From Lama glama (taxonomy: Eukaryota): a stretch of DNA of 64,000 nt. Each line of letters starts with the position of its first letter. The stretch's first letter is position 1. Below, one piece after another: positions 13,050-25,065 of this stretch. The stretch lies in assembly GCA_028534125.1 (NCBI GenBank), contig CM052817.1, forward strand, positions 100,380,001-100,444,000, read 5' to 3'. The notes below the pieces were generated by a model that was not told the origin of the DNA, made no database searches, and was given only the letters and a program-made list of their open reading frames with translations. A program made the position numbers and the translations under genes.

Positions 13050-16000
13050 TCTGCATATTCTGCATATAAGCTATTTATCAGATACGTGCTTAGCAAATAT
13101 TTTCTCCCAGTCTGTGGGTTTTTTGTTTTTTAATTGTCATAGCTCTATCTTCCAAAGAGTAAAGTTTTCAATTTTGATAAAGTTCAACTTATCAATTTTT
13201 TTTTTTGGTTTTTGTATCTGAGAATTCATTATTTAACTCAAGATCACAAAGATTTTTCTCCTATGTTTTCTTCTAGAAATTTTATAGAATAATGGGTCAA
13301 TGTTATTATTATGGCAATGATTATTATTGTGGTGGTTGTTGTTATATAGGTGTCTAATTCTTCCAGCATTATTCATTGAAAGGCATCCTTTCTCCATTGG
13401 ACTACCTTTGTAATCTTGTTGAAAATCAACCCAAGATATACGTGTGGTTCTATTTTTAGACTCTCTATTCTGTTCAGTTGATCTCTGTGTTTATCCTTTC
13501 ACCAGTACAAGAACATCTTGATTGTTGTAGCTTTAGAGCAAGCCTTGAAATAAGTAGTACAGCTTCTCAAACTGGTTTTTTTTAATTAGCTGCGCTATTA
13601 TAGTTTCCATATACATTTTAGATTTCTGCTTATTGATTTCTACTAAAAATCTTGCTGGGATTTTACTTGGGATTGCATTGAATCTAGATCAGTTTGGGGG
13701 AAATTAACATCTTAACAATATTAAAACTTCCAACCCATAAGCATAGTATAACTCTCCATTTAGTTAGGTCTTAGTTCTTTCATCAAAGTTTTATAGTTTA
13801 AAATATAGATCTTGCACATATTTTGTTAGATGTTACTTACATAATGTTTTTAAGTGCTATTGTAAATGGTACTTTATTTTAAATGGTATATTTAATTCCA
13901 TTTACAAATATTCATTGCTGGTGTATAGAAATACAATTGCTTTTGTTATATTAATGTAATAATCTCTATCCTTGCTGATCTCACTTATTAATTCTAGTAG
14001 CTGTTTTGTAAATTCTTTGGGATTTTCTGTATGGCCTATTATGATACTTACAAGTGGAGAGAGTTTTATGTCTTCCTTTCTAACCTTTATGTCTTTTATT
14101 TCTTTTTCTTGCCTTATTGCACTGTCTAGGACTTCCAGGACAATTCTGAATACAAGTGGTGAGAATGGATATCCTTACTTTGTTCTCAATCTTAGGGGGA
14201 AATTATTCTGTCACTTATCAAGCGTGATGTTAGCTATAGGTTTTTTGTAGATGCCCTTTATCAGATTGAGGGTTCTATTCTTAGTTTTCTGAGAATAGAT
14301 CAATAGATTGATAGATCAATATAGATGGATCAGGAACAAACTTTGAATTTCATCAAATACTTTTTCTGTATCTATTGAGGTGGTTATATAGTTTTTCTTC
14401 TTTAATCTGTTTATGGTAAATTACAACGGAAAAAATTTTAAAGTGTTGAGTTCATTCCTGGAATAAACCCCACTTAATCTATGATGTATTATCATTTTCA
14501 TATATTGCTGGATTCAATTTTCTAATATTCAGTTGATGAATTTTGCATTTATATTCATGAGAGATATTGGTTTTTAGTTTTCTTAGCATGCGATATCTTT
14601 GCATGGATTTGGTATCAGGTAATGCTAGCTTCATAAAAGGAGTTAAGAGATGGTTGTTCTCTTCTATTTTCTAAAAAAGTTTGTGTAATGTTGATGTTAC
14701 TTTTTACCAAAATCATCTAGTGGAATTTTGCAGTAAAGCCATCTTAGGTTTGATTTTTCCTTATAGAAAGGCTTTTAGCTATAAATTGTTTCTTTAATAA
14801 AATATATGATGATTCCAGTTATCTATGACTTCTTAAATACACCTTTTGACAAATTTTCCCTTTCATCCAAGTTGTTGAACTTATGGACGTAAAGTTTTTT
14901 CATAGTATACTATAATTAGCCTTTTACTGTCTATATAATTTGTAGTGTTTCCTATTTCATTTCTTATATTGGTATTTGAGGCTTTTTTCCTTACTAAATC
15001 TGGGTAAAGGCTTATCAACTTTATTGACTTTAAAGAACCAACTTTTTGTCTCATTGCTTGTCTGTATTGTTTTTCTGTTTGTAATGCTATTGATTGCTGC
15101 TCCTTTTTTATTATTTCCTTTTTCTGCTTATTTTAGGTTTATTTCGTTCTTTTTACAGTTTCTTAATGTGAAAGCTTAGACTGATTTGATTGATTTATAA
15201 ATCTTCTTTTCTCATTAAGTGTTTACAGCTATATATTCCTTGTAAGCACTGTTTCAGCTCTACCTCACAAATTTTGACATGTTGTGTTTTCATTCCATTC
15301 AAACTGTTTTCTAATTTCCCTTTTGACTTTGATCATAGGTTAAATAGCAGTATATTATTTAATTTCTAAATATTTGTGACTTTTCCAGATATCTTTCTGC
15401 TGTTGATTTCTAGTTTAATTTTATTGAATTAGAAATCTAGTCAGAGAACATATTTTATATTATTTCAATTCATTTAAATTAATTAAGATTTACTTTATGG
15501 CTCAGAATATGATCTATCTTGTGACTGTTCCACGTGCACTCAAAAAGAGAATGTATATTCTACTATTAGATGGACAGTTCTGTGAATGCCAATTAGGTTA
15601 AGTTAGTTGATAGTGTTAAATCTTCTATCTTTTTACTGATTTTTCTGTCCATTTGTTCTACCTGTTACTGAGATAGGAAAGTTAAAATCCCTAATTATAA
15701 TTTTGGATTTATCTTTTCTCTGTTTATTTCTATCAGCTTTCACTTCATATATTTCGAGGTACTGTTATAAGGTACATAACTCTTTAAGATTGTTATGTTT
15801 TCTTGATGAATCAACCCCTTTATTATTATGTTACATCCTTTTGTAATTCTGGTAATGTTTCTTGTTCCAAAGTCTACTTTATCTGATATTATTATAGTCA
15901 CCTTAGCTTTCTTTCAATTAGCATTTACATGATATGTCCTTTTCTATTCTTTTACTTTTAACCTCCCTAAATATTCATAATTAAATTGGGTTTCCTGTAA

Positions 16001-18188
16001 AAAGCATCTAGTTGGATCTTGTTTTTCTATCCAATTCAAAAATGTCTGTGTTTTAATTGATATTGATATGTTTGGACTTCAGTGTGTCATTTTGATACTT
16101 GTTTGTTATTTGTTCCAAATGTTGTCTCTTTGTTCCTCTTTTTGCCTGCTTTTAGATTGAATATTTTTCATTCAATTTTATCTCTAGTACTGGCTTATTA
16201 TTTAAACCTATGTTTAAAATGTTTTGTAGTGCCCTTAGATTTACAATACATTCTTTAATTAATTACATTCTACCTTTGAATAATAAGACTTCATGTATAG
16301 TGTAAGGACCTTATAGCAGCAAACTTCCATCTCCTCCCTCCCATCTTTTGTTCTATTTTTGTCATATTTTTACAGATGCAATAAATCCACAATGTATTTC
16401 TACTATGTCTGTTTTAAAGTGTTAATTATCTTTTGTTTTAGAGAATGATTAAAACTAAGAAAAAAGTATTCTTATCTTCACTTCATTTTAACCATTTCCA
16501 GAGATCTCTCATTTGAGGAAGTAAATCTAATTTTCTGTTGGATATCATATTTCTTCTTCCAGAAGAGTATCCTTTAATATTTCTTGAGGTGCAGAGTTGC
16601 TGGTAATGAATTCTCTCAGCTTTTGCTTGTATAAATAAGTGTTTATTTCATCTTCATTTTGAAAGATATTTTCTCCAGGTGTAGAATTCTGGATTGACTG
16701 GTTTTTTTCTTTCAATACTTCAAAATTTTCATTCCACGGTCTTCTGAATTGTGTCATTTTGGAATAGAAGGCAGTTGTAATTCTCATCTTTTTCTTTATA
16801 TTTGATTTTCAGATGTTTGCATATGATGTGCCAGGAGTATTGTTCCTCCCCTTTTTCCTTTTTACCTCCTCCTTCCCCGCTTCTTCCCCCTCCTTCTTTT
16901 GTTTTTCCTGCTTGAGATACTCTGAGCTTCTTATATTTGTCCATTGATGTTTTTCTTTACTTTTGAAAGACTCTATGCCATTCTTCCTTCAAGAAAGCAC
17001 TCTGGCCTCGCTTTGCCTTATGCAGAGGGTATCAAGTACTCTACCCTCACTTTTCAGCTTCCTTCATGTGCCTGTGCCTCAAAGAGGGTCTCTTTCCTTG
17101 CTTTTGCCTCTCATCAAGAAGAAGATAACTCTTAATTGTTACTTGAGGTTTGCTACCCTGGTGGTGGAAGACAGATGGGGCTGGTGGCTCAGCCTTGGCC
17201 TTAGGAAGGCCCCATGTTTTGGGTTTCAGTTTGGGGGTTTGTAGGATTGTTTCTTCTCACCCTTTCCCAGTGTCCTGGGGGTGTCAGGGTTTGCTGCTCA
17301 CCTTCAGGAGCTCAAGGCTTTTGCTCTGTGGGAGAGGAGGCTTTGTGCCTTCCTGCTCCTTCCTCCAGGTCTGCTCTCGCAGGTGTCCCACCCTGCCCCC
17401 AGTCTTACCCAGGAGACAAGCACCCAGAGAAGTTCAAGGAGATGTGGATGCAATGCCCCAGTGTGTGCGGCTCCCTGGGTGCTATAGTCTTACACTAGCC
17501 CACCTCACTTTTGGCAATTCATTAAAACCATAGCTAAACTCTTCTTATCCGTGAAGACAGCATGTGAGACCTCTTCTTTCAGTGCTCTGTCACAGGCGAG
17601 CCAGTGCTCATGTTCATCTTTTTAGGGAAGAGGTCCATCTTTCCTCAGATTTTAGACTTTTTGTTTGCTCTGAAACCTCCGCTCTCCCATGGTTCAAGAA
17701 AAGTTTTCATTTTTTAGTTTATCCAGGTTTTTCTTCTTGTCACTCTTTCCAGCTTTCTACAGTCTCAGCGCTGCAATTACCAAGCCTAGATTTTTAAACA
17801 ATCTCTTCTGTGGCCATGCTTGTTTCTTTCATACAAATTAGCTCACAAGCGATCAACAAGCAAGCAGGGGATGTGGTCATTATAATGCAGACCTCGTGTT
17901 GGTTCTTACGCAATTTCCCCTGGCATGTGAGCATTCTGAAGTTACTTCTGGTACCCTGTGTCTCCACTCTCTTAAGCTATTCTGAGCAGACTGAAGGTGA
18001 AGATAAAAAAGCTGCCAGTATATTATGCTCTATGTCAAAACAATGAATTAATGAAGAAAGCTATACCCCAAATCCAAATTTTAGTATTGATGAAAATATT
18101 CTCTCTCAGAAACCAATACCCTTCAAGACACATACTGTGAAAGAGAAAGTATATGATCTCCAGGCTTTATATACTTACTTATGCTACA

Positions 18189-18340
18189 ATTTTTTTTAAT
18201 TTTAAAATAATTTTATTGTGGTATAATTTCTATACAGTAAACTACACATATTTCAGATGTATTTTGATGAATTTTGATAGATGTATACAGCTATGAAACC
18301 ACCACCACAATCAAGATAGCTAACATTCCCTATGCCACTT
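18189..18340 (-). mobile_element. L1M 3' end fragment
   Basis: T-rich tail then 'ttttattgtggtataatt...gaattttgatagatgtatac...accaccacaatcaagatag'. Confidence 0.8.
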
Positions 18341-18921
18341 TTTTTATTAGGATTTCTATTGATTTTTATGAATAATCTGTTTTCAAATTTTCATTGGTTT
18401 GAGTGAGCTGTTCCAATCTTATTTCCCCCATAAACTCTATTATTTTAGGTGCATGATTTTGCAGAATGGGAATTCTTAAGTATGCGAGAAAGTAATAGAG
18501 CAAAAAAAAATGACTGTAACATGAATTTTTTTTCTTATCATGAAAGCAATACATGCTCATTACTGAAAAAACTGAAAACTATAGAAAAGGAAAAATTCAA
18601 TAACCAATAATTATCCCATTCAGAGGTAATTTTTAATTCACATATTACGTACTTTAAACATAACTGAAATCAAGATGTTATGGTTTTCAAAACTGAAGAA
18701 TACAAACTATTAAAGAAATAATTTCTACATCAATGAGGGAGAGATTAAATGTAGGGAAACTTACCACACACACATACATACATACTAAAAAGCAATCCTC
18801 TCACCCCAAGAAAATAGCTCTTTAGGGTAGAGAATGAGCACATTTATACTTTACTCCAATTGAAATTAAAACAGATAGAATCTAGTTCATGATCCTTTTT
18901 AAGCACTTCTCTGGTCTCCTA

Positions 18922-18988
18922 ACCTTTAAACTTTCAAAGACATTTTTCTTGAGATTTTGGACCTTTAAACTTTCAAAGACATTTTTCT
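18922..18988 (+). repeat. 28-bp perfect direct repeat with an 11-bp spacer
   Basis: acctttaaactttcaaagacatttttct at 18922-18949 and 18961-18988. Confidence 0.95.
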
Positions 18989-19729
18989 GAATCAAAAGTA
19001 CAAAAATGTATGATTTATCCAGAATCAGTTTAAAAATTTTAGCATTCCATACTAAGGAAAATAATCCCCACTGCCATCCTACAGCCCAGCCCAGACGCTA
19101 ACTGTGTTAATCATGACCGTCTTGCTGAATCCGCTTCAGGAACCATCTTCAGTGCCCTCCACTCTCCAGTCCTGTACGTGGGAATTTTGCAAAGGACCTG
19201 GAAGAAACAAACGAGGCAAAGCATCTGGGATAATTCAACAGGAGTGTGATGTACGGACCACGTAATGGTCCACACGCTGCAAACAGGCCTCTGAAAAAAA
19301 TTTTTTTGCCCTCGAGGAAAGATCCTCCATTCCTTTTCCTCTCCCATCAAAGAGAGAAGTCTCATGAAACAGGAACGGATACTCAGGGAAATCCTCTGGC
19401 CTCCAGATGAAGGTTGGTAATAGTTTCATTGCTTGAGAGCAAAATAATCTTCAGTCCACATGCTCACTTGGATGGACAAGCACAGGCCCACAGTCATGGC
19501 CAGAAAAAGTAAAGCCTTCATTGCACAAAAAAACAAACAAACCGACCACTAACCGGTAGGTCTAAGGGCGACGCCACTGTAAGTAAGTAAATGGGACCAC
19601 TGGGCTTGGGCTTAAACAGTCTATTTTGGATTGTCTTCCTAATTTACTTTGATTTACTAGAACTAATTTGCTATAGTGACTGGCCGTTGGCCCTTGGAAA
19701 GGGTGCCTCTAAATTTAAAACTCAATTTT

Positions 19730-19840
19730 ACTTCATTTCCAGAAATGCTTATTGAGCCCTTTCTAAGTGCTGGGTGACATGCTAGGGCCTGGGGATAGAG
19801 ATGTGAAAAAGAAGCATGGTGGCCTTGCCCACGTCTAGCA
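19730..19840 (-). mobile_element. L2 3' end fragment
   Basis: 'aaatgcttattgagccc...atgctagggcctggggatagagatgtgaa'. Confidence 0.7.
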
Positions 19841-19919
19841 AAATGTCAGAATTAAGTTTATCCACTGATTTCCCTCCTCATACATTGACTCTAAAACACT
19901 TTCTGGGATTATAACCCAC

Positions 19920-20242
19920 ATTCTCCACTTGGCCAGTCATCTGGGGCTGCCTCACAGCCCTCTTGTAGTGGCAGGGTTTGCAGAAGGCTGGAGTTGCCAG
20001 GCTGGCCGTGCTCATGCTGGTGGTGTGGATGGGACCGGTCACCTCATCGAAGGCTGAGCGGCATCAGGGCCCTGGCCAGGCAAGCTCTGCAGGGATTGGG
20101 GATTTCGTTCTGAAGGCACAGGTCTTGTGGTTCCTCGGCAGCCCAGTGGGCTAAGCATCATTCCTTTCATAGGTTCCTTTTCTGCTTACATGAGCCAGAA
20201 TCTGTTTCTGTCGCTTGCAACTCAGAATCCTGACCCATACAC
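19920..20242 (+). mobile_element. MaLR solo LTR (MLT1J/K-like), degenerate
   Basis: Ends in 'gagccagaatctgtttctgtcgcttgcaactcagaatcctgacccataca', typical of an MLT1 3' end. Confidence 0.55.
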
Positions 20243-21774
20243 ATGGTTAGCCTTCTGCCCTCTGAAAACATTCTGTTCCGTTTCAAATCATAAGTATAAA
20301 AATACCTGGAGAAAAGTATATTATGTTCTCTGTGACTCTGACATATTTTATCAAATTAAGAATGTCCTCTTAATCAGTGATTCCCAGCTGCAGTCCTGGT
20401 TCATATGGCACCAGCATTAACTGCAGGTGGCGCTTCTATGAGCCTGTCACAGATAAAGAACTGATGTTTAGAAATTTAATTTTTTTTGTATCAAATTAAA
20501 CAGATTTGATGTCACCACCATCACTCGTTTACATTCATATATGCTTTCTTGAGTTGGAGAAAAAAGAGTGGGAATTGGGCACTGGAAATGTTTTCTGCAA
20601 CTATAGTTTATTCTATTTGGGCTGCAGCTGGAGAAGTGTCTGAGGCGTAGGTGACCCTGCATGAAACCATGCAGAGTCTAGCCCAGGTGTGGGGGAGAGC
20701 CCGCTGGCACACTGAGAAGACCTCATCTCGAGGAGGCTGTAATTGAACAACTGGGTCCTCTCAGGGTGCACGTGCTCCTACAGGTGTCCACCGCCAGCAT
20801 CGGCAGCCACGGTACCAACCCATCCACCAGCAGCCGTCCATATTAAGTTACAGAACACATATCACTGGGGCCCAATTTAACCCGAGGACAAGTAAATGTT
20901 TTAAATTCTAGAGCTGCTCCAAGCCATATGAGACCCATCACGTGGTGTAACCTTTTTTTGACTATTTCTCTGTGCACTCCACTCACAGCTGTTGCAAGGT
21001 ACGATATTATACTTTGCCCAGACTCAGGCACCTGTTGTGGGCAATTTGAAATAAAAACAAGTTGGTGGGGAACATGATAAGATATGTAAGAACACATTTC
21101 ATTCACTCGGAATCCCCCCACAGACTATTCGATTTCAGTAAACTCTGCAACCATTTTTCTTTGTCATTATTTGCCAAGAGAGGAGGGAAAAAATAACACA
21201 TCTCTTTTTATAGGAAACAAATCGGCGTTCTGCTGGTCCAGGGGTGACAAACATAGATTCCTTTTGCTTATTTTCCTGCAGACTTTCTCCCCTCTCTCGT
21301 CTGTGCTAGTATTTCCTCCACCCTTTCAATTTGTCACAGTTGCCTTTCCCAAAAGAACTTTCATCTTGAAATTGTCTCCTTGACCATGAGGTTGCTTAGG
21401 ACCACTTTGAGAAAGAGCTTGGAGGTCAACGATGCATACGGGGGGTCAGGCAGGGAGATTTGGAAAGCGGGAGGTGGTGCGACCCTGCTCAGTACTGCTG
21501 ACCCCGCTGGAATCTTCCAGGTTAATAAGACAAAGCCCAGACTGTTTTGTGATCTTTTCGTTTCTGTTCTGAAAATACAACTGCTATACCTAAATTCTTT
21601 ATCACCTAATGTCGTGTTTTACAGCCTGTTAGGAGGCTGGGATGCAGGGGAAGGCAACACTCAGAGCAGGACACCAAAAGAAAACGTGGGTGCCGGGGGT
21701 GCTGGCAGGGGGTGTCTAACAGATCGGGGCCCGGGGACGGCGTAGGTGGTCTGCCAGGGAAGAAAAAGAACTGG

Positions 21775-21998
21775 GTTACAAGCTGGACACACCGAGGTTC
21801 AATTTCCAACAGCTCTACTCGGTAAGTACCTGGTCCTGGGGAAGCTGCTCCGATTCTTTGAGCTTCTGTTTTCTCCTCTGTAGAATGCGGATCATAATAA
21901 CTTCCTTGCAGGGCTTAGTGTAGGGATTTAAGTAAATAATGTGTATGAGGTGCCTAGCACAGTGCCTGACTATGAATAGCTGCTCTATAAATTATAGC
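21775..21998 (+). mobile_element. MIR SINE
   Basis: 'gagcttctgttttctcctctgtagaatgcggatcataata...gtgcctagcacagtgcctgac'. Confidence 0.85.
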
Positions 21999-22994
21999 AA
22001 ATATGTTCAATACCTATAATATCGCTGGACTCACGGCCAGTGGAAGGAAGGATTCTAGATGGAATGTGTCATCTCCTTGAGCATCAATGTCTGCTTAACC
22101 AATAAGCCTTTGCCCTAATCCCACACTCTAATTAGGTCAGCTCTGGGGTCTACATTGAGCAGGACTGTGCCTGAGAGTCTGCAGCATCATTATCACCAAC
22201 GCCACAGCAACATCTCTTAATGGAAAATGCAGACACGATAGATGTAGAGGAGGTAGGAGGCCCCAGGGACTTCACCTCCCCAAACCCTGCATCCCAGGGG
22301 CCCTTCACAGGCAGCCGCAGCTCCTTCTCTCTACAGGCTGCCCTCCCCTGTCTGATTTCTTTTTCATGCTTCTCTGCATCTAAGGCTTTTGGTCTCTGAG
22401 CTATGCTTCTTCCCAAGGGAGCCAATCTCCTCCCCAGCACCTGAACTCCCGCTCAGCATCTCCACCTGCACAGCTGTCACTCACTTCAGTGGAGCTTCCA
22501 GCACACGAGCAAACGAAAGGGCAGCTAGAGAGGGGCCCAGCACAGGCACAGAGGGAGGCTCCCGCCTTCAACGCTGGAATCCTAAGAATCTTTGAAACCA
22601 CAAGGAGCTGCAAATAGGACGGAGGAAAACAGAAAAGACGAGTTTTACATCTTCACCAATCTGTGCCTCTAGACGCCTCATTATGCCTGAGCGTCTGGTA
22701 GATGGAAAGGACCTACTGACATGACTGGTGGGGTTAGTATGGAAACATAAACCTGCAAAAAATAGCTGTAAAATTAGAAAGAAAAACTTCCCTAGAGAAA
22801 CGATGATGAGGAATCTGGAGTTGAAAAAGTTTCAGTTGAGAAGATTCCCTCTCTCTTCTCTTCCTGTTGGGTCTACAGGCCAAGTAGAAGTCCTAAACTT
22901 GCAGTCCCGGCCTCACCTGCCCCCTGCCCACATCTGCAGCCTCCTGTCCAGCTGCACCAACTCTCCAGCAGTGTCCAACCCCTCGCAGTTTCCT

Positions 22995-23145
22995 GTAAGG
23001 GCTTTTTGAGACAAATGAATTCCCAGGCCCTACCTTGGAATGTTCTGGTTCACTAGGTCCAAGGTGAGCCCTACAGCCCTAGTTCAAGATGCTTCCCAGG
23101 TGATGGGGATGACAGGATGGTCACCTAGGTTTGGGAGTGCCGAGG
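22995..23145. mobile_element. MER5-like hAT-Charlie MITE
   Basis: 'aattcccaggccctacc...ttctggttcactaggtcc...cttcccaggtgat...aggtttgggag'. Confidence 0.55.
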
Positions 23146-23514
23146 CTGCATCATCCTTTGGAGATTAGCTGGGCCAATATACGTGAAAGCATCTTGTAAG
23201 CTGTCACCTTCCCTGTAGATGTCAAGCACTGTAGGAGTGCTGGAGTTTAGCCCTGAGCTTAATGTGGACGGGGGCTCTCCCTTCCCTCCCAGCGAGACTC
23301 AGGCAGAAACAGCAAAACTGACCTTTGGCAAAAATAGCCCCAAGATGGGCCTGGGAAAAGTTCTCAAATCTCCCAGCTTTCCAAACCAATTTTCTTTTTC
23401 AGTAGCAATTGTTTTATCAAATGATTCCTATGAGAAACCCAAATCCTAGTAGACACTGTTCGTAGAGTCCCAACCACCTTTCATGATATGGTCATGCTGG
23501 CTGAGCCCAGCTTT

Positions 23515-23940
23515 GTGTCAGGGTCCGTGATCCTGATAAGGCCAGTTAGGGTGGGCCTTCTTCTTGTTGTGACTGGTTTAGGCAGTTTCTGGGCAATGAA
23601 ATGCCAGGGGAGGCCTGCTCAGGGGCTTCCGGGAAAAATTACCAGCTCCTAAGAAGAGACTCTTTGCCCTTTCCTCCCATTGGACATTTCCACGTGTGCC
23701 TGGGATGCTTGAAACTATAGCAACCATCTTGCTATTTTGAAGGGAGTTAGACCAAAGTCAGCATCCCCAGGAAGGTAAAACAGAAAATGGGAGAAACCTG
23801 GGTCCTCCATGATGTCGCTGAACCATCAAACCCACCAACCCTGGAGTTTCTTTTTCTGTAAGAAGACAAATCCTCTTATTGCTTAAGCCATTTTGAGTTG
23901 GGTTTTCTGTAATTTGCGACAGCAAGCCTTCTGATATACT
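23515..23940 (+). mobile_element. MaLR solo LTR (MLT1I/J-like)
   Basis: 'gcaaccatcttg', 'gaaacctgggtcctccatgatgtcgctgaacc', 'gcttaagccattttgagttgggttttctgtaatttgc'. Confidence 0.8.
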
Positions 23941-24029
23941 GGTGTATAAAACAGATTAAAACTGGCAAATTATTATTAAACATCTGTTTTATAGGCTTTC
24001 ATTCATAGCTTTTATTTATTAGAAGTCAA

Positions 24030-24477
24030 TCAAAAAGATAATAAAGAATCTTTGCAACACATCGTTTGAAATGGGAACTGAGGGTTATAAATTGAAGTCG
24101 TATGAGTCTAAGCACCCAATTTATTTTAGCATTTTGTTTTGATTGTGTAATAGCTAGGAAAGTCCGATTTCCACACTTGAGGGGTGGCAAATGGTAACAG
24201 TTTTTGCCAAAAACTATTTGCTTTGCAAACTCAAGACACTTTTCAGTTAACAGTGATAGCAGGAAAAGCTTTATTCCAATATCTGGGCTCCCACACTCAA
24301 AAGTTAGGTTGGCAGGCACAGACCAATGTGCCGATTGTTAAAAGTTGTACATAATATATTATTTGTTTACAATGAAAAACACGGCATTCAAAATTTTTCA
24401 ATAAAACATTTGCAAAATTCCCCAAAGAGCTTCACAGAATCTGAGGTTCCTTAGAACACACTTTGAAAACTTCTGTC
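24030..24477 (-). mobile_element. hAT-Charlie DNA transposon fossil with transposase C-terminal remnant
   Basis: Minus strand 24203->24060 translates KLLPFATPQVWKSDFPSYYTIKTKC*NKLGA* then (frameshift) RLQFITLSSHFKR, resembling the Charlie/Buster hATC end; Charlie-like end 'gttccttagaacacactttgaaaacttctg' at ~24446-24475. Confidence 0.7.
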
Positions 24478-25065
24478 CTAAGTGTAATTAAATTATGCTA
24501 ATGATGTATAATTAATTTAAAATCCAGGTTTCCAGTGTGGTAGACAAGATCCTTCCCTCCTGCTTAATTCCGATTTCCAAGAGCTCAAAGCCAGACCTTG
24601 TCTAACGTCATTCAAATCTGGCAATAAGACAAACACTCCATTAGCATAATAGGAGATGTGCTCCCAAGAGATTATAATTCACGGAGGAAAAGGGCTGAGT
24701 GTGGGACCAGACCACATGGAGGGTCTCTCGTCTCTTACTTCCTCCTCCCTCCTGGTCCAAAGCATCCCTAACCCCAGGTCAACCCCCCACAGCAGAACCA
24801 CTCTGAGCGAAGACTGACAATACACACTGAGGCCAGACAGGAGAAAATAGAAGCTGGACAGGTAACCATGGGGTTGTCAGGGCATATGAGTCAAGGACCA
24901 GAATGAAAGAGTGAGAAGGGGGAAGGAAGGAAGTGGGCCCAGGGGGCACTGCCTTTTCCGGCTGTGCATCTGGCTTCATGATGCACCTCTGGAATCCAGG
25001 ATTAATGCTTCCATCTGGGAAAAAAGATGAATAAGATGAGGAAGGTGACTAATCTCCAATATCCA

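Larger units (their letters stand above)
11905..17770 (-). mobile_element. Old, near-complete but decayed L1 (L1M-type, roughly L1MB-L1MD age)
   Basis: 3' UTR ('gttttgacaaatgc...aatcaagatag', 'ttttgccttttccagaatgtcat') at ~12 kb; antisense ORF2 remnants at 12.4-16 kb; ORF1p C-terminus in ORF 16545-16787 (FEVLKEKN...KQKLREFITS...QEILK); L1M-type 5' end 'ttcaagaaaagttttcattttttagtttatccagg...ccagctttctac' at ~17.7 kb. Confidence 0.92.
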
